Assembly: GCA_041917655.1 (NCBI GenBank)
Contig: JAYRXC010000024.1
Location: 1,426-65,425, forward strand
DNA length: 64,000 nt
Origin: Ignavibacteria bacterium
GTDB lineage: Bacteria > Bacteroidota > Ignavibacteria > Tepidaquicellales > OLB5
Reading direction: 5' to 3'
Each line of letters begins with the position of its first letter. Position 1 is the first letter of the stretch. Under the pieces are notes generated by a model that did not search any database, was not told where the DNA came from, and saw nothing but the letters and a program-made list of their open reading frames with translations. The position numbers and the translations under genes were made by a program. This document shows, one piece after another, positions 1-9,350 of this stretch.

Positions 1-363
1 GCTTTTTTACTCTCTGGACGCACAGAAATTTTCTTAGACGGAATCATAAACAAAGTGAAAATTCCACGGAGGGAAGAGAGTAATACAATGCTGGGCCTAA
101 CATTGGGACCGCGTTTCTACCTGAACAAAAGCGATTTAAGCGCCTTTGCGGAATTAGGCGGAGGGATTTTTATACTGGCAAAGGAAAATTCCTCCAGGGA
201 AAACCCCTTTAAATCTTCAATTGTTATCGGCACCGGATTTACCGGGAATATAACTGAAATAATCGGCATGTACCTTAAAGGTAATCTATACCTGGTGTTG
301 ACAGATAACCGGAGAGTCCCTGCATTCAGTTCTGTTACTGGCGGATTGAGATTTAATTTGTAA
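1..363 (+). CDS. C-terminal part of an outer-membrane beta-barrel-like protein (5' end lies outside the window)
   Basis: Frame 1 is open from base 1 with no stop before 361-363, so the listed ORF (55..363) probably continues upstream. The sequence has alternating hydrophobic beta-strand-like segments and ends in ...GGLRFNL. Confidence 0.4.
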   Translation, partial: AFLLSGRTEIFLDGIINKVKIPRREESNTMLGLTLGPRFYLNKSDLSAFAELGGGIFILAKENSSRENPFKSSIVIGTGFTGNITEIIGMYLKGNLYLVLTDNRRVPAFSSVTGGLRFNL

Positions 364-425
364 TATCAAATTACGTCACGTTTGTTTAATATCGTGCTAT
401 ATTCAGTAGATAAAATCCTAAAAGT

Positions 426-1073
426 ATGAAAACAAGATCGCTGTGCACCTGTCTGATCGTTTTATTTCTCTTAGCCGGCAGTAATTACTGCCAGGATAGC
501 TTTACAATTCCTGAATCGGGCGAAACTATAATATGCGGACGGACTGTGATCGTCGACGGGATATGGTCTTCGGAAGGAATCATTCGCGCGGATATTTCAA
601 TACTTGAAACACCGCGCTCAAAACCCATAACCGGGGGTTACATGGCAGGTGATATGATCACAATATCAAGCGAACCCGGCTGCACATATTACATAAATAC
701 TATTACGAAATCAGGGAAAGACAGCAGCAAAGGTATGGTAATACTTTCGGCCAATCCACTTGTGCAGCCTATCCAGCAGTGCGCAGATGATATAATATTT
801 GATGAAGGCCAAAGCTATAAGATCGATACGCTTGACTGGCATATAGACCGTATAGGCGATTCGGAATCAGGTAAACCGGCAGTATATATCAATGCAACAT
901 ACCTCACAGAAAAGATCTCTGAATTCATGCTTACTGAATACGAAAAAGTATGGATCAGCGGCTGCCTGTATGAAGTCAGGGATATCATGCCCTGTTCAAA
1001 GTTCATAAAAACAGACCCTGACAAAATTTATGAGCCGCTTCCGGGCAGCCTGAGGCTCAGAAAAATAAAATAA
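426..1073 (+). CDS. Hypothetical secreted protein
   Basis: 215-aa ORF with an N-terminal signal-like segment (MKTRSLCTCLIVLFLLAGSNYCQD). No recognisable catalytic motif. Confidence 0.55.
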   Translation: MKTRSLCTCLIVLFLLAGSNYCQDSFTIPESGETIICGRTVIVDGIWSSEGIIRADISILETPRSKPITGGYMAGDMITISSEPGCTYYINTITKSGKDSSKGMVILSANPLVQPIQQCADDIIFDEGQSYKIDTLDWHIDRIGDSESGKPAVYINATYLTEKISEFMLTEYEKVWISGCLYEVRDIMPCSKFIKTDPDKIYEPLPGSLRLRKIK

Positions 1074-1099
1074 TATTTCCTTAAACTACTTCTATAAAA

Positions 1100-1780
1100 A
1101 TGAAAAACACACTTGCGGCTTTATTGGTTTTAATATTCTCGGTATCGTTAATTAATTCACAGGTATTTACCGGATTTGGCATTAAAGGCGGTCCCTTGCT
1201 TGCAAATACTAAGTTCAATTACAAGTATTCAGATTTTGACCTTGATTCGAAAAACCTGTTGGGATTCAACGCCTCTGTATTTGGTGAGCTGAATCTTGCA
1301 GATAATATAAATCTGTTAATAGACGGCGGGTATGAACAGCGCGGCTATGCGTTTGAAGTAATTAAAACCGATGAATTCGGCAATGAGATCGGAAGGTACG
1401 ATGTCCGCAACCGCACAAATTACATTTCAGCGGGAGTTACGGGCAAGTTTTTATATAAAGGAAGGGCAGTAACACCATATTTGATTGCGGGAGTAAAGAG
1501 CGACTTCTTTCTAAGCTACAAAGTCTCAACAACCGATAACTCTGATCTTATCTGGAATGGATCCACAAACTCAGTACTTGAAAAGTACAAAAAGATAAAC
1601 TACAGCGTGAACATTGGAATAGGTTTACAGTTCGAAAAATTGTTTCCTTACCGGACATTTGCCGAGTTTGTGTTTGCGCCGCCAGTAAATTCATCGTATA
1701 ACTCCGACGGGCTTGAAACAAGGGATTATTACCTCGGGCTGAAAATTGGAATTAACTTCATAAAATCGAAAAAGAAGTGA
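1100..1780 (+). CDS. Outer-membrane beta-barrel (porin/OmpA-like barrel family) protein
   Basis: Signal peptide (MKNTLAALLVLIFSVSLINSQ). Repeated amphipathic beta-strand pattern with Gly/aromatic girdle residues (GFGIKGG, NASVFGEL, YISAGVTGKF, VNIGIGLQF, YYLGLKIGINF). Confidence 0.6.
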   Translation: MKNTLAALLVLIFSVSLINSQVFTGFGIKGGPLLANTKFNYKYSDFDLDSKNLLGFNASVFGELNLADNINLLIDGGYEQRGYAFEVIKTDEFGNEIGRYDVRNRTNYISAGVTGKFLYKGRAVTPYLIAGVKSDFFLSYKVSTTDNSDLIWNGSTNSVLEKYKKINYSVNIGIGLQFEKLFPYRTFAEFVFAPPVNSSYNSDGLETRDYYLGLKIGINFIKSKKK

Positions 1781-2280
1781 ACAATCTGAAAGAACTTACA
1801 AAGAAATACGGAAAATATAACCTTTGGGCAAACACATCGCTTGCAGAAGTGCTTAACACGCTGCCGGAAGACCAGTTCATAACTGAACAGAAAAGCAGCT
1901 TCCGCACAATTAAAGAAACTGTGAAACATATGTACGATGCGGAAACCATTTGGTTCAAGCGTCTGAACGGGGTATCACTGACAGATTGGCCCTCAAAAGG
2001 GATCAAGTGTACGGGAACTGAAGCGGTAAGAATGCTTCTTGATGCATCACTTAGCCTTGAAAAACTGGCCGGGGGTATGGATGAGAGTCAGCTGGCTTCA
2101 AAATGCAGCTACCTTTCTCTCGATGGTAAGGAATCTGAAATGAATGTTTACGACATTCTGCAGCATTGTTTCAATCATTCAACTTTTCACCGCGGTCAGT
2201 TAGTTACAATGCTCAGGTTCTGCGGCGCTGAGAAGCTGCCCTCAACGGATTACATAACATACATCAGGAAATTTGGCTAA
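1777..2280 (+). CDS. DinB-family (DinB/YfiT-like four-helix bundle) protein
   Basis: 'NLWAN' N-terminal motif and a His-rich C-terminal motif (HCFNHSTFHRGQL) typical of the DinB superfamily. The GTG start overlaps the upstream stop by 4 nt. Confidence 0.75.
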   Translation: MNNLKELTKKYGKYNLWANTSLAEVLNTLPEDQFITEQKSSFRTIKETVKHMYDAETIWFKRLNGVSLTDWPSKGIKCTGTEAVRMLLDASLSLEKLAGGMDESQLASKCSYLSLDGKESEMNVYDILQHCFNHSTFHRGQLVTMLRFCGAEKLPSTDYITYIRKFG

Positions 2281-3580
2281 GATAAATATATTCTGGTTTC
2301 GCCGCGATCTAAGGCTTGAAGATAATGCAGGGCTATTTCATGCGCTGAACTCACAATTCCCGGTGCTGCCACTATTCATTTTCGATTCTGAAATACTTGA
2401 TAAGCTTGAAAACCGTAAAGATGCGCGCGTTGAGTTTATTCATAATGCACTAACCGAACTCAATGAAAAGCTAAACGAAGCCGGTTCAAACCTGCTTGTG
2501 AAACACGGCAGTCCGTTAGCAGTATGGAAGGAGCTGCTGGCAGAATACGACATTGGCGAAGTTTTTACAAATAGTGATTATGAGCCATATGCAATAGAAC
2601 GAGATGCGGCAATAAAAGAATTACTTGCCGAAAAGCTGATAGGGTTCAGCACATTTAAAGATCATGTAATATTTGAAAAAGATGAAGTCCTGAAGCAGGA
2701 CAGAAAACCTTATACTATCTACACTCCATACAGCAAAGTATGGCGCGCACAGCTAAACAAAGCTTCCACCAAGGAATTTAGATCCGAAAAGCTGATCGGG
2801 AATTTTTCCAAACCTAAAAGCTCCGGGCTGCCATCGCTTGAAAGCATCGGATTCAAACCTGCGGGAATAGAGTTTCCCTCTAAAGTGATTCCTTTAGACA
2901 TTATCAGGAATTATGATTCAACCCGCGATATTCCCGCCGTAAACGGTACAAGCCGCCTGAGCGTTCATTTAAGATTTGGTACTCTCAGCATAAGAAAACT
3001 TGTAAAAGAGGCCATGAAACTGAATGATACCTGGCTTAGAGAGCTTATATGGCGGGAGTTCTTTATGATGATCCTGTATCACTTCCCCCATTCAGCAACG
3101 GGCTCGTTCCGCAAAGAATATGACAATATCAAATGGCGCAACAATGAAGCCGAGTTCGAAGCCTGGTGCCGCGGCGAAACCGGTTACCCGATAGTTGATG
3201 CAGGAATGAGGGAACTGAACACAACCGGCTTCATGCATAACCGGCTTAGAATGATTACCGCAAGCTTTTTAACCAAAGATCTGTTAATTGACTGGCAATG
3301 GGGCGAAAGATACTTTGCGGAAAAACTGCTGGACTACGAGCTGGCGTCAAATTGCGGCGGCTGGCAGTGGGCAGCGGGAACCGGCTGTGATGCCGCGCCG
3401 TATTTCAGGATATTTAATCCGGAGCTGCAGTCAGCTAAATTCGACCCGGAATATAAGTACATAAAAAAATGGGTGCCCGAACTTGACGGCTTCGGCTATC
3501 CGCAGAAGATCGTGGTTCATTCTGAGGCAAGGAACAGAACTCTGACAGCATACAAGAATGCAATTTCTTCACATAAATAA
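2273..3580 (+). CDS. phrB: Deoxyribodipyrimidine photolyase / cryptochrome family protein
   Basis: Motifs: IFWFRRDLRLEDN at the N-terminus; WREFF, TGYPIVDAGMRELNTTGFMHNRLRM and WQWAAGTG..APYFRIFNP in the FAD-binding domain. The TTG start overlaps the DinB gene by 8 nt. Confidence 0.9.
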   Translation: MAKINIFWFRRDLRLEDNAGLFHALNSQFPVLPLFIFDSEILDKLENRKDARVEFIHNALTELNEKLNEAGSNLLVKHGSPLAVWKELLAEYDIGEVFTNSDYEPYAIERDAAIKELLAEKLIGFSTFKDHVIFEKDEVLKQDRKPYTIYTPYSKVWRAQLNKASTKEFRSEKLIGNFSKPKSSGLPSLESIGFKPAGIEFPSKVIPLDIIRNYDSTRDIPAVNGTSRLSVHLRFGTLSIRKLVKEAMKLNDTWLRELIWREFFMMILYHFPHSATGSFRKEYDNIKWRNNEAEFEAWCRGETGYPIVDAGMRELNTTGFMHNRLRMITASFLTKDLLIDWQWGERYFAEKLLDYELASNCGGWQWAAGTGCDAAPYFRIFNPELQSAKFDPEYKYIKKWVPELDGFGYPQKIVVHSEARNRTLTAYKNAISSHK

Positions 3581-3751
3581 GCACTTCAGTTCAAAAAATG
3601 TAAGTAATTGATATTACATAAATAAATTATTGTATTTATATAGACTTACGAAAATATATGAAAGTCAATAGTTTAAATAGAAACTTTTACAGTATACTAT
3701 TAAGTTACACCTTATTAATCAACCTGTTAAGTTCGAAATTAAGGAAATCAA

Positions 3752-4711
3752 ATGGATGAGAAAACGCTCTACTGGGTGTTGTTCAATGTTTTTGTATTGC
3801 TGATGCTTGCGCTAGATCTGGGTGTATTTAACCGCAAGGCACATGAAGTAAAAATGAAGGAAGCCCTGATATGGAGCGGAGTCTGGATAACCCTGGCTTT
3901 GATATTCAATCTGGGTCTATACTATTTTTATACTCCGGCGGAAGGTTATACGAAAGCCGACTCTGCGCTCCAGTTTTTAACGGGATATGTTATCGAGAAA
4001 TCTCTTAGTGTTGATAACATTTTCGTATTTGTACTTATATTCACTTTTTTCAAAGTACCTGCCATATATCAGCACAAAGTGCTTTTCTGGGGTATTCTAG
4101 GCGCTTTAATAATGAGGGCAATATTCATTTTTGCCGGTGTAGCGCTTATCAATAAATTCGCATGGATAATTTATATCTTTGGCGCGTTTCTTGTATTCAC
4201 GGGGATAAAACTAGCATTTCAGAAAGATAAGGAGATACACCCGGAAAAGAATCCTGTTCTAAGGCTTTTCAAAAAGTTTTTCAGGGTAACTGACTCCTAC
4301 GATGGCGGCAAGTTCTTTTCGGTTCAGAATTCGAAAAAAGTAGCTACTCCGCTTTTTGTAGTGCTGATCCTTGTTGAGACTACAGACCTGATATTTGCAG
4401 TTGACTCAATTCCTGCAATTTTGGCAGTAACGCAGGATCCTTTCATAGTTTACAGCTCTAATGTATTCGCCATTCTGGGTTTGCGTTCATTGTATTTTGC
4501 GCTGGCCGGACTTGTGAAGCTGTTTGTCTATCTTCATTACGGTTTGGCGGCGATTCTTGTGCTGGTAGGGGCGAAAATGATATTGAATCATTACTTTGCT
4601 GCCAAGATCATTTCAACTGAGCTTTCACTTATATTAATAGTTCTGATACTTGGATCCTCGGTTGCTGCTTCAATTTTCAAGAACCGGAATGACAGATTGA
4701 AGCTAAGTTAA
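3752..4711 (+). CDS. TerC-family integral membrane protein
   Basis: Multi-TM protein with typical TerC/Alx motifs (EKSLSVDNIFVF..., ETTDLIFAVDSIPAILAVT, SNVFAILGLRSLYF). Confidence 0.85.
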   Translation: MDEKTLYWVLFNVFVLLMLALDLGVFNRKAHEVKMKEALIWSGVWITLALIFNLGLYYFYTPAEGYTKADSALQFLTGYVIEKSLSVDNIFVFVLIFTFFKVPAIYQHKVLFWGILGALIMRAIFIFAGVALINKFAWIIYIFGAFLVFTGIKLAFQKDKEIHPEKNPVLRLFKKFFRVTDSYDGGKFFSVQNSKKVATPLFVVLILVETTDLIFAVDSIPAILAVTQDPFIVYSSNVFAILGLRSLYFALAGLVKLFVYLHYGLAAILVLVGAKMILNHYFAAKIISTELSLILIVLILGSSVAASIFKNRNDRLKLS

Positions 4712-4784
4712 GAGTTGAATATTACTACAAGAACGAGATCATAAAATATTCGATCAAATTTTGATCAACCCTAAACTCTGCAAT

Positions 4785-4808
4785 CCCCTCTCATGAAAAT
4801 GAGAGGGG
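4785..4808 (+). terminator. Perfect 10-bp hairpin (cccctctcat-gaaa-atgagagggg) downstream of the TerC gene; possible terminator or REP-like element
   Basis: Perfect inverted repeat read directly from the sequence, but no T-tract follows. The stem resembles the 'cccctctcc/ggagagggg' repeat family seen at 30.3 kb and 62.6 kb. Confidence 0.4.
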
Positions 4809-5023
4809 ATATTAAAGTTCAATTGTTTCATGAACCCCGGTCTCCCCGGAAAGTTTCAGCATACTTTCACTTCATAATAGATTTCCTAAAACCTTGTATC
4901 CCGAATCCTATCATTATTGCCGTACAGTCAAAATATGCACTTCCCATTAATTAGGTATTTATTTTTTAATAAATTTCTCCTTAATTGTATTGTAAGTGGT
5001 TTGAAAATCAAAAATTTATCCTG

Positions 5024-5644
5024 ATGGAAGCAAAATTTATAATAGTATTAGTACCTGTTCTGATATTACCGTGGATAGTCCTTTATATCATAATGATAGC
5101 TTCCAATAAAAAAGTTGTGAGCAATTTTAATAAATTGAAAGATAAGTATGAACTGCATACCGATCTTTCAAAAAAGGTGGGAATGAAACACCATCCTGCA
5201 GCAGAAGGAATTTACAGAAACAGGAAGGTTAAGATAGAAAGTGTTGTTAAGGATTCAATAGACGGCAAAAAAGTGATACCCCATACAGTACTCAGCGTAG
5301 ACTGCGCGAACGCCGAAGGGTTCAGTTTTGCCGCTGTTCGGAGGAACAGAAAAAATGCAGCAGAGTACCAGCATGGCTCTGTTCTGGTTGAAGATAATGA
5401 ATTTGACAACAAATTCATCCTTCAGTCCAATAATCCTGAGAAGCTGAAAAGACTATTTGATTTCAACACACGTTTCAAGCTGGACCAGGTTCATAAGCTG
5501 GGATTTGAAGGGAAAATATCGCTTAGCGGAAACCTGCTGCAGTATTCAGAAGCCGGGCTGCTGAGCAGCGATGAAGCCCTGATGCGTACCGAGCTTGTTA
5601 TGCATGAGCTGTGCGATATCGCTGAGGTGATGAGATACAACTGA
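5024..5644 (+). CDS. Hypothetical membrane-anchored protein
   Basis: I prefer the ATG at 5024 over the TTG at 4985. N-terminal TM helix (FIIVLVPVLILPWIVLYIIMI) followed by a soluble domain with no recognisable motifs. Confidence 0.6.
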   Translation: MEAKFIIVLVPVLILPWIVLYIIMIASNKKVVSNFNKLKDKYELHTDLSKKVGMKHHPAAEGIYRNRKVKIESVVKDSIDGKKVIPHTVLSVDCANAEGFSFAAVRRNRKNAAEYQHGSVLVEDNEFDNKFILQSNNPEKLKRLFDFNTRFKLDQVHKLGFEGKISLSGNLLQYSEAGLLSSDEALMRTELVMHELCDIAEVMRYN

Positions 5645-5683
5645 TCCCTTTTGGAAATTATATATCAGTTTTGGTAAATAAAA

Positions 5684-5720
5684 AACTCCTTTGTGTATTT
5701 CAACAAAGGAGTTCTGTTTT
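5684..5720 (+). terminator. Rho-independent terminator
   Basis: Stem aactcctttgt / acaaaggagtt (11 bp) followed by ctgtttt. Lies 40 nt after the stop at 5644. Confidence 0.6.
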
Positions 5721-5861
5721 GGGGTAAAACATTAAAAAGGAAGCCTTCTTATCTATCGTAGCCTTCTAAATATCCCGTTATTTAGACGTGAAGAGATTTC
5801 ATAGTATCACTCTTTTAAAGCCGCATTCGCAGCTTTAAACTTCGTTAATTTCATATCAAAA

Positions 5862-7586
5862 TTACTTAACAAGTATCATTTTTTTTGTGTCGCTGTACTC
5901 CATGCCGTTTGAACCGCTGAGTTTAATGCTGTAAAAATAAATACCCGAAGCGAGTCCGGAAGCGTCGAATTTAGCTTCATATGTACCGGCGTTTTGTGAA
6001 CCGCTGAACAGCTCTTTTACAATTGCTCCAAGAGAGTTATATACAGTCAAGCTCACGTTACCGCTTTGCGGTACGCTGTAGCTGATGGATGTTGAAGGAT
6101 TGAACGGGTTCGGATAGTTCTGTTTCAGCTCAAAATCCTTTGCAACTGTTCCTGTATTCACTACACCCACAAGGCCGAATGTTCCGTCCCAGTTTATATT
6201 CTGCGCATATACGCCGCCGTTATCTAATCTTTTATCCTGCCAGCTTAAGACTGACATCCCGCTTGCCGGCATAATAACATGGTTAAGCCTGATCTTGCTG
6301 CTTGAAACACTGCTTGCAACCAGAATATTGCCGCTCCACAGGTACGCACCGCTTGTACCTATCTTTGCCGCTTTAATAATGTTCGTGTTACCAGCTGCAG
6401 ACTGGCTGAATGAGATCACCGCCGCCGTATCTTTGGCAACAACGTTATAGGCTACTACCTGGTCAGTACCAAGCGGCTGCACAGCGATACCGTCACCCCA
6501 CTGTCTTACGCCTGAGGAAGAAATTTTCTGCGCGTAAAATCCCCATTGTGTTTGCCCGGAATTTGCTTCCTGCCAAACAACATATGTCTCTCCTGTTGCA
6601 GGCATATAGCCGGCCATCGGGGAAAAATGATTATTTGTTGTATTGCCTGTTACCGCGGTACCGTTCACCGGGAAAAGTATTGCTCCTGCGCTGTTTTTGC
6701 GCTGTAAATATCCGGTTGTAAGATTCACCGCGTTCCTGTCATCGTGCCAGCAATAGATAGCGCCGTTATTGCCGTCTGAAAATAACCTGGGTGTATAAAA
6801 GCCTGAAACCCTGCCGAGTGAATAAACTGTATCCTGTGTTGGATTCCATACCCTCGCTCCGGTTGAAGAAACTATCTGCGAGTATATTCTGTAATTTGCA
6901 GGGCTTATGAATGAACCGGTATAACCTGAGAACATCACTATCACGCTTCCGTTATCGGAAGGCACGATTGCCGGCCAGTCATAATTTTCGTTTGTTCCGC
7001 TTGTCCAGTAAACAGGCGAAGTACCCCATTGCTTAACGCCTGCGGCGTTCAGCTTTTGCAGCGCAAGTTTCTGAGGGCCCGTACCAATCCTCCAGAAGAA
7101 AACATAATTCCCGTCTGAGGTCTGCACAACCTTTGGATTTGGCTGGAAAGAATTAACTGAATCAGACAGCGCTACACCGTTAGCTCCCCAGAGCATCGTA
7201 CCGCTTGGGCTGATCATATAAGCATACGGATTGATTGTTCCGCCTGCCCTTATATCGGTAAATGTTACTATCGCATTGTTGTTGTTATCTGCTATCAATT
7301 CCCAATCAACCAGAGATGAGTTCTGCGGGTTATTGCTCACAAGCAATCCGCCTGCAGTAAACTGCGGCACACCGCTTGGATTCAATTTCTGTATGTAGAC
7401 CGCATAACCGCCTCCCCTGTTATCGAACCATGTGTAATAAGTAGAACCATCAGGGCAAAGTGCAAGCTTGGTAACAGATTGTTCACCGGATTCATCGCTT
7501 ACCAGTGTATTTACAGCTGTATTTGGTGTCCATTGAGCAAATAAATGCGAACAAATGACCGTTAATAGAAGAATGAACTTTTTCAA
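5862..7586 (-). CDS. Secreted protein with a T9SS C-terminal sorting domain
   Basis: Signal peptide (MKKFILLLTVICSHLFAQ). C-terminus reads ...LKQNYPNPFNPSTSISYSVPQSGNVSLTVYNSLG...GIYFYSIKL...KKMILVK. The body has repeated W/G-rich beta-rich segments. Confidence 0.8.
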   Translation of the reverse strand: MKKFILLLTVICSHLFAQWTPNTAVNTLVSDESGEQSVTKLALCPDGSTYYTWFDNRGGGYAVYIQKLNPSGVPQFTAGGLLVSNNPQNSSLVDWELIADNNNNAIVTFTDIRAGGTINPYAYMISPSGTMLWGANGVALSDSVNSFQPNPKVVQTSDGNYVFFWRIGTGPQKLALQKLNAAGVKQWGTSPVYWTSGTNENYDWPAIVPSDNGSVIVMFSGYTGSFISPANYRIYSQIVSSTGARVWNPTQDTVYSLGRVSGFYTPRLFSDGNNGAIYCWHDDRNAVNLTTGYLQRKNSAGAILFPVNGTAVTGNTTNNHFSPMAGYMPATGETYVVWQEANSGQTQWGFYAQKISSSGVRQWGDGIAVQPLGTDQVVAYNVVAKDTAAVISFSQSAAGNTNIIKAAKIGTSGAYLWSGNILVASSVSSSKIRLNHVIMPASGMSVLSWQDKRLDNGGVYAQNINWDGTFGLVGVVNTGTVAKDFELKQNYPNPFNPSTSISYSVPQSGNVSLTVYNSLGAIVKELFSGSQNAGTYEAKFDASGLASGIYFYSIKLSGSNGMEYSDTKKMILVK

Positions 7587-7745
7587 TTTACTAATGATAT
7601 TAGGTTTTTTCAGGAATTTCCAGTAGGTTGAACAACAAAATACTCCTCAATGATAAGTAAAACAAACAGAAAAAATGGGTTTTTTACCCACCAAAAAAAT
7701 ACTATTTTAACATAAAATGCAAAGATTTTAGAATACTTTAAAACA

Positions 7746-9224
7746 TTGTTTACCCACCAAAAGACTAGGCCCAGATTTATTCAGTTTTTCTTCAATTTAT
7801 CTAAAAAGGAAGAAACAGAGTTCATAAAACTTGCAGCAAGTCCATTTTTCAGCGGAAAACGCAGCTATGAAAAATTACTTAAACTGCTTGGCCAGTATAA
7901 AAAAAAATCTAAATCTGATCCGGGCGACGCATTCTTTTTTTTACTCGAATCTGCTAAGCTGAGCAAGAGAGCGTTGTGGAACAGGCTTTCGGAGCTGAAT
8001 TCAATTGCGGAAAAATTTCTGGTTATCAAGAATATTTCAAACGATGAGATCAAAGAAAAGAGCCTGCTGTTTGATGAACTGTCAAAAAGGAGAGACCACC
8101 GGACTATGATGCTTCAGGAAAAACCCGTACTAAAATTGCTTTCCGGACCGGAAAATCCGAACGAAACTTCAAATTATGAGCGTGATATTCTTTTGAACCT
8201 CAGCCATATGCACACTGAAAAAGATGACTATGAAACCGCGGCAAGGCTTTATAACGGCTATTCTAATCTGACAGCTCTGAATTTTCTGACGGATTCATAC
8301 CGTCACTTGCTAGATCGGGAGCTTCAGAAGAGGAATAATATCCATCAGGAAGAATCACTTGCAGGCAGGATCGCCGGCTCTATTGATACTTCAGCGGTAT
8401 TGAAGGAAATGTACGCTGTTTTTCCCAATCGTTCAGCATTGCTTGAAATTTACTACAATCTATATAATGCATTCCGAAACCCCGATGACTCTGTGCCTTA
8501 CTTCAGCGCGAAGAAACTTTTTCTTCAAAATTCCGAAAACATCAACCGCGGCTTCACCAATAGCATATTGCAGTACCTGCGGAATTACTGCATAGAAAAA
8601 ACTAACCTTGGCAATTCGGAATACTACAGTGAGATCTTTGAGCTTAACGAGCTGATACTCAAAAAGGGATTATTCAGCGACCTGAATGTTATGAACTCGC
8701 GCACCAATCATTTCAGAAATTTTATTTTTGCTGCTTCCAGACTCAGCAAATTTGAATGGATAAGTAATTTCATAAAAGAATATGCCGCTGAAATACCTGA
8801 AGAGAACCGCGATGATGAAGTGAGCCTTTCAAATGCGCTGCTTTGCGTATATGAAAAACGATTTGATACCGCGCTGGAACATCTCTATAAGATCAAGAGA
8901 AAGAACTACCTTCATTACATGGATACCAGCGTTTATAAGCTTATTGTATTTTTCGAAATAGGTGAACTTGAAGAAACACGGATGGAAATGGCGCGCCTTA
9001 AAGATTACCTGCGCAAGCATAAGGAAATTCCTTCATATTTCAAAAGCAGCTACCAGCGTTTCCTTGCGAAGTTCATGGTGCTGCTAAAACTAAAGGAGAA
9101 GCCGGATAGCAGCGAATCAGGGCTTTTCATCAAAGAAATGGAAAAGCTGAAATATATCGGGCTTGGCGGCTGGCTTTATGAAAAAGGAACCGAACTGCAT
9201 GGGCTTAATTCCCGGGATGTTTAA
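7746..9224 (+). CDS. Uncharacterised helical (TPR-like) protein, paralogue 1 of 3
   Basis: Full-length similarity to 12390..13835 and 13832..15292. Shared N-terminal 'E..EF..(F/L)..SPFF..K' motif, a mid-region '...ALEHL.KIK...' segment, and a C-terminal 'WL.EK..EL' motif. There is no in-frame ATG near the N-terminus, so I took the TTG at 7746 as the start. Confidence 0.7.
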   Translation: MFTHQKTRPRFIQFFFNLSKKEETEFIKLAASPFFSGKRSYEKLLKLLGQYKKKSKSDPGDAFFFLLESAKLSKRALWNRLSELNSIAEKFLVIKNISNDEIKEKSLLFDELSKRRDHRTMMLQEKPVLKLLSGPENPNETSNYERDILLNLSHMHTEKDDYETAARLYNGYSNLTALNFLTDSYRHLLDRELQKRNNIHQEESLAGRIAGSIDTSAVLKEMYAVFPNRSALLEIYYNLYNAFRNPDDSVPYFSAKKLFLQNSENINRGFTNSILQYLRNYCIEKTNLGNSEYYSEIFELNELILKKGLFSDLNVMNSRTNHFRNFIFAASRLSKFEWISNFIKEYAAEIPEENRDDEVSLSNALLCVYEKRFDTALEHLYKIKRKNYLHYMDTSVYKLIVFFEIGELEETRMEMARLKDYLRKHKEIPSYFKSSYQRFLAKFMVLLKLKEKPDSSESGLFIKEMEKLKYIGLGGWLYEKGTELHGLNSRDV

Positions 9225-9350
9225 ATTATTCATTTTTCAATGATGAGCCTCAAATTCTACATTTAATTTTAAGTGTTTTTTGAGTAACTTTGCCTCTTCA
9301 TACCTGTGGCAAGAACCAATAATAATATATATTTAAAGAAAGGACTCTAA

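Noticed and set aside
3581-3751. A possible yybP-ykoY (manganese) riboswitch upstream of the TerC-family gene
   Set aside because: TerC/Alx genes are often controlled by this riboswitch. This leader is very AT-rich and I could not find the conserved GGGGAGUAG-type core or a convincing four-way junction.
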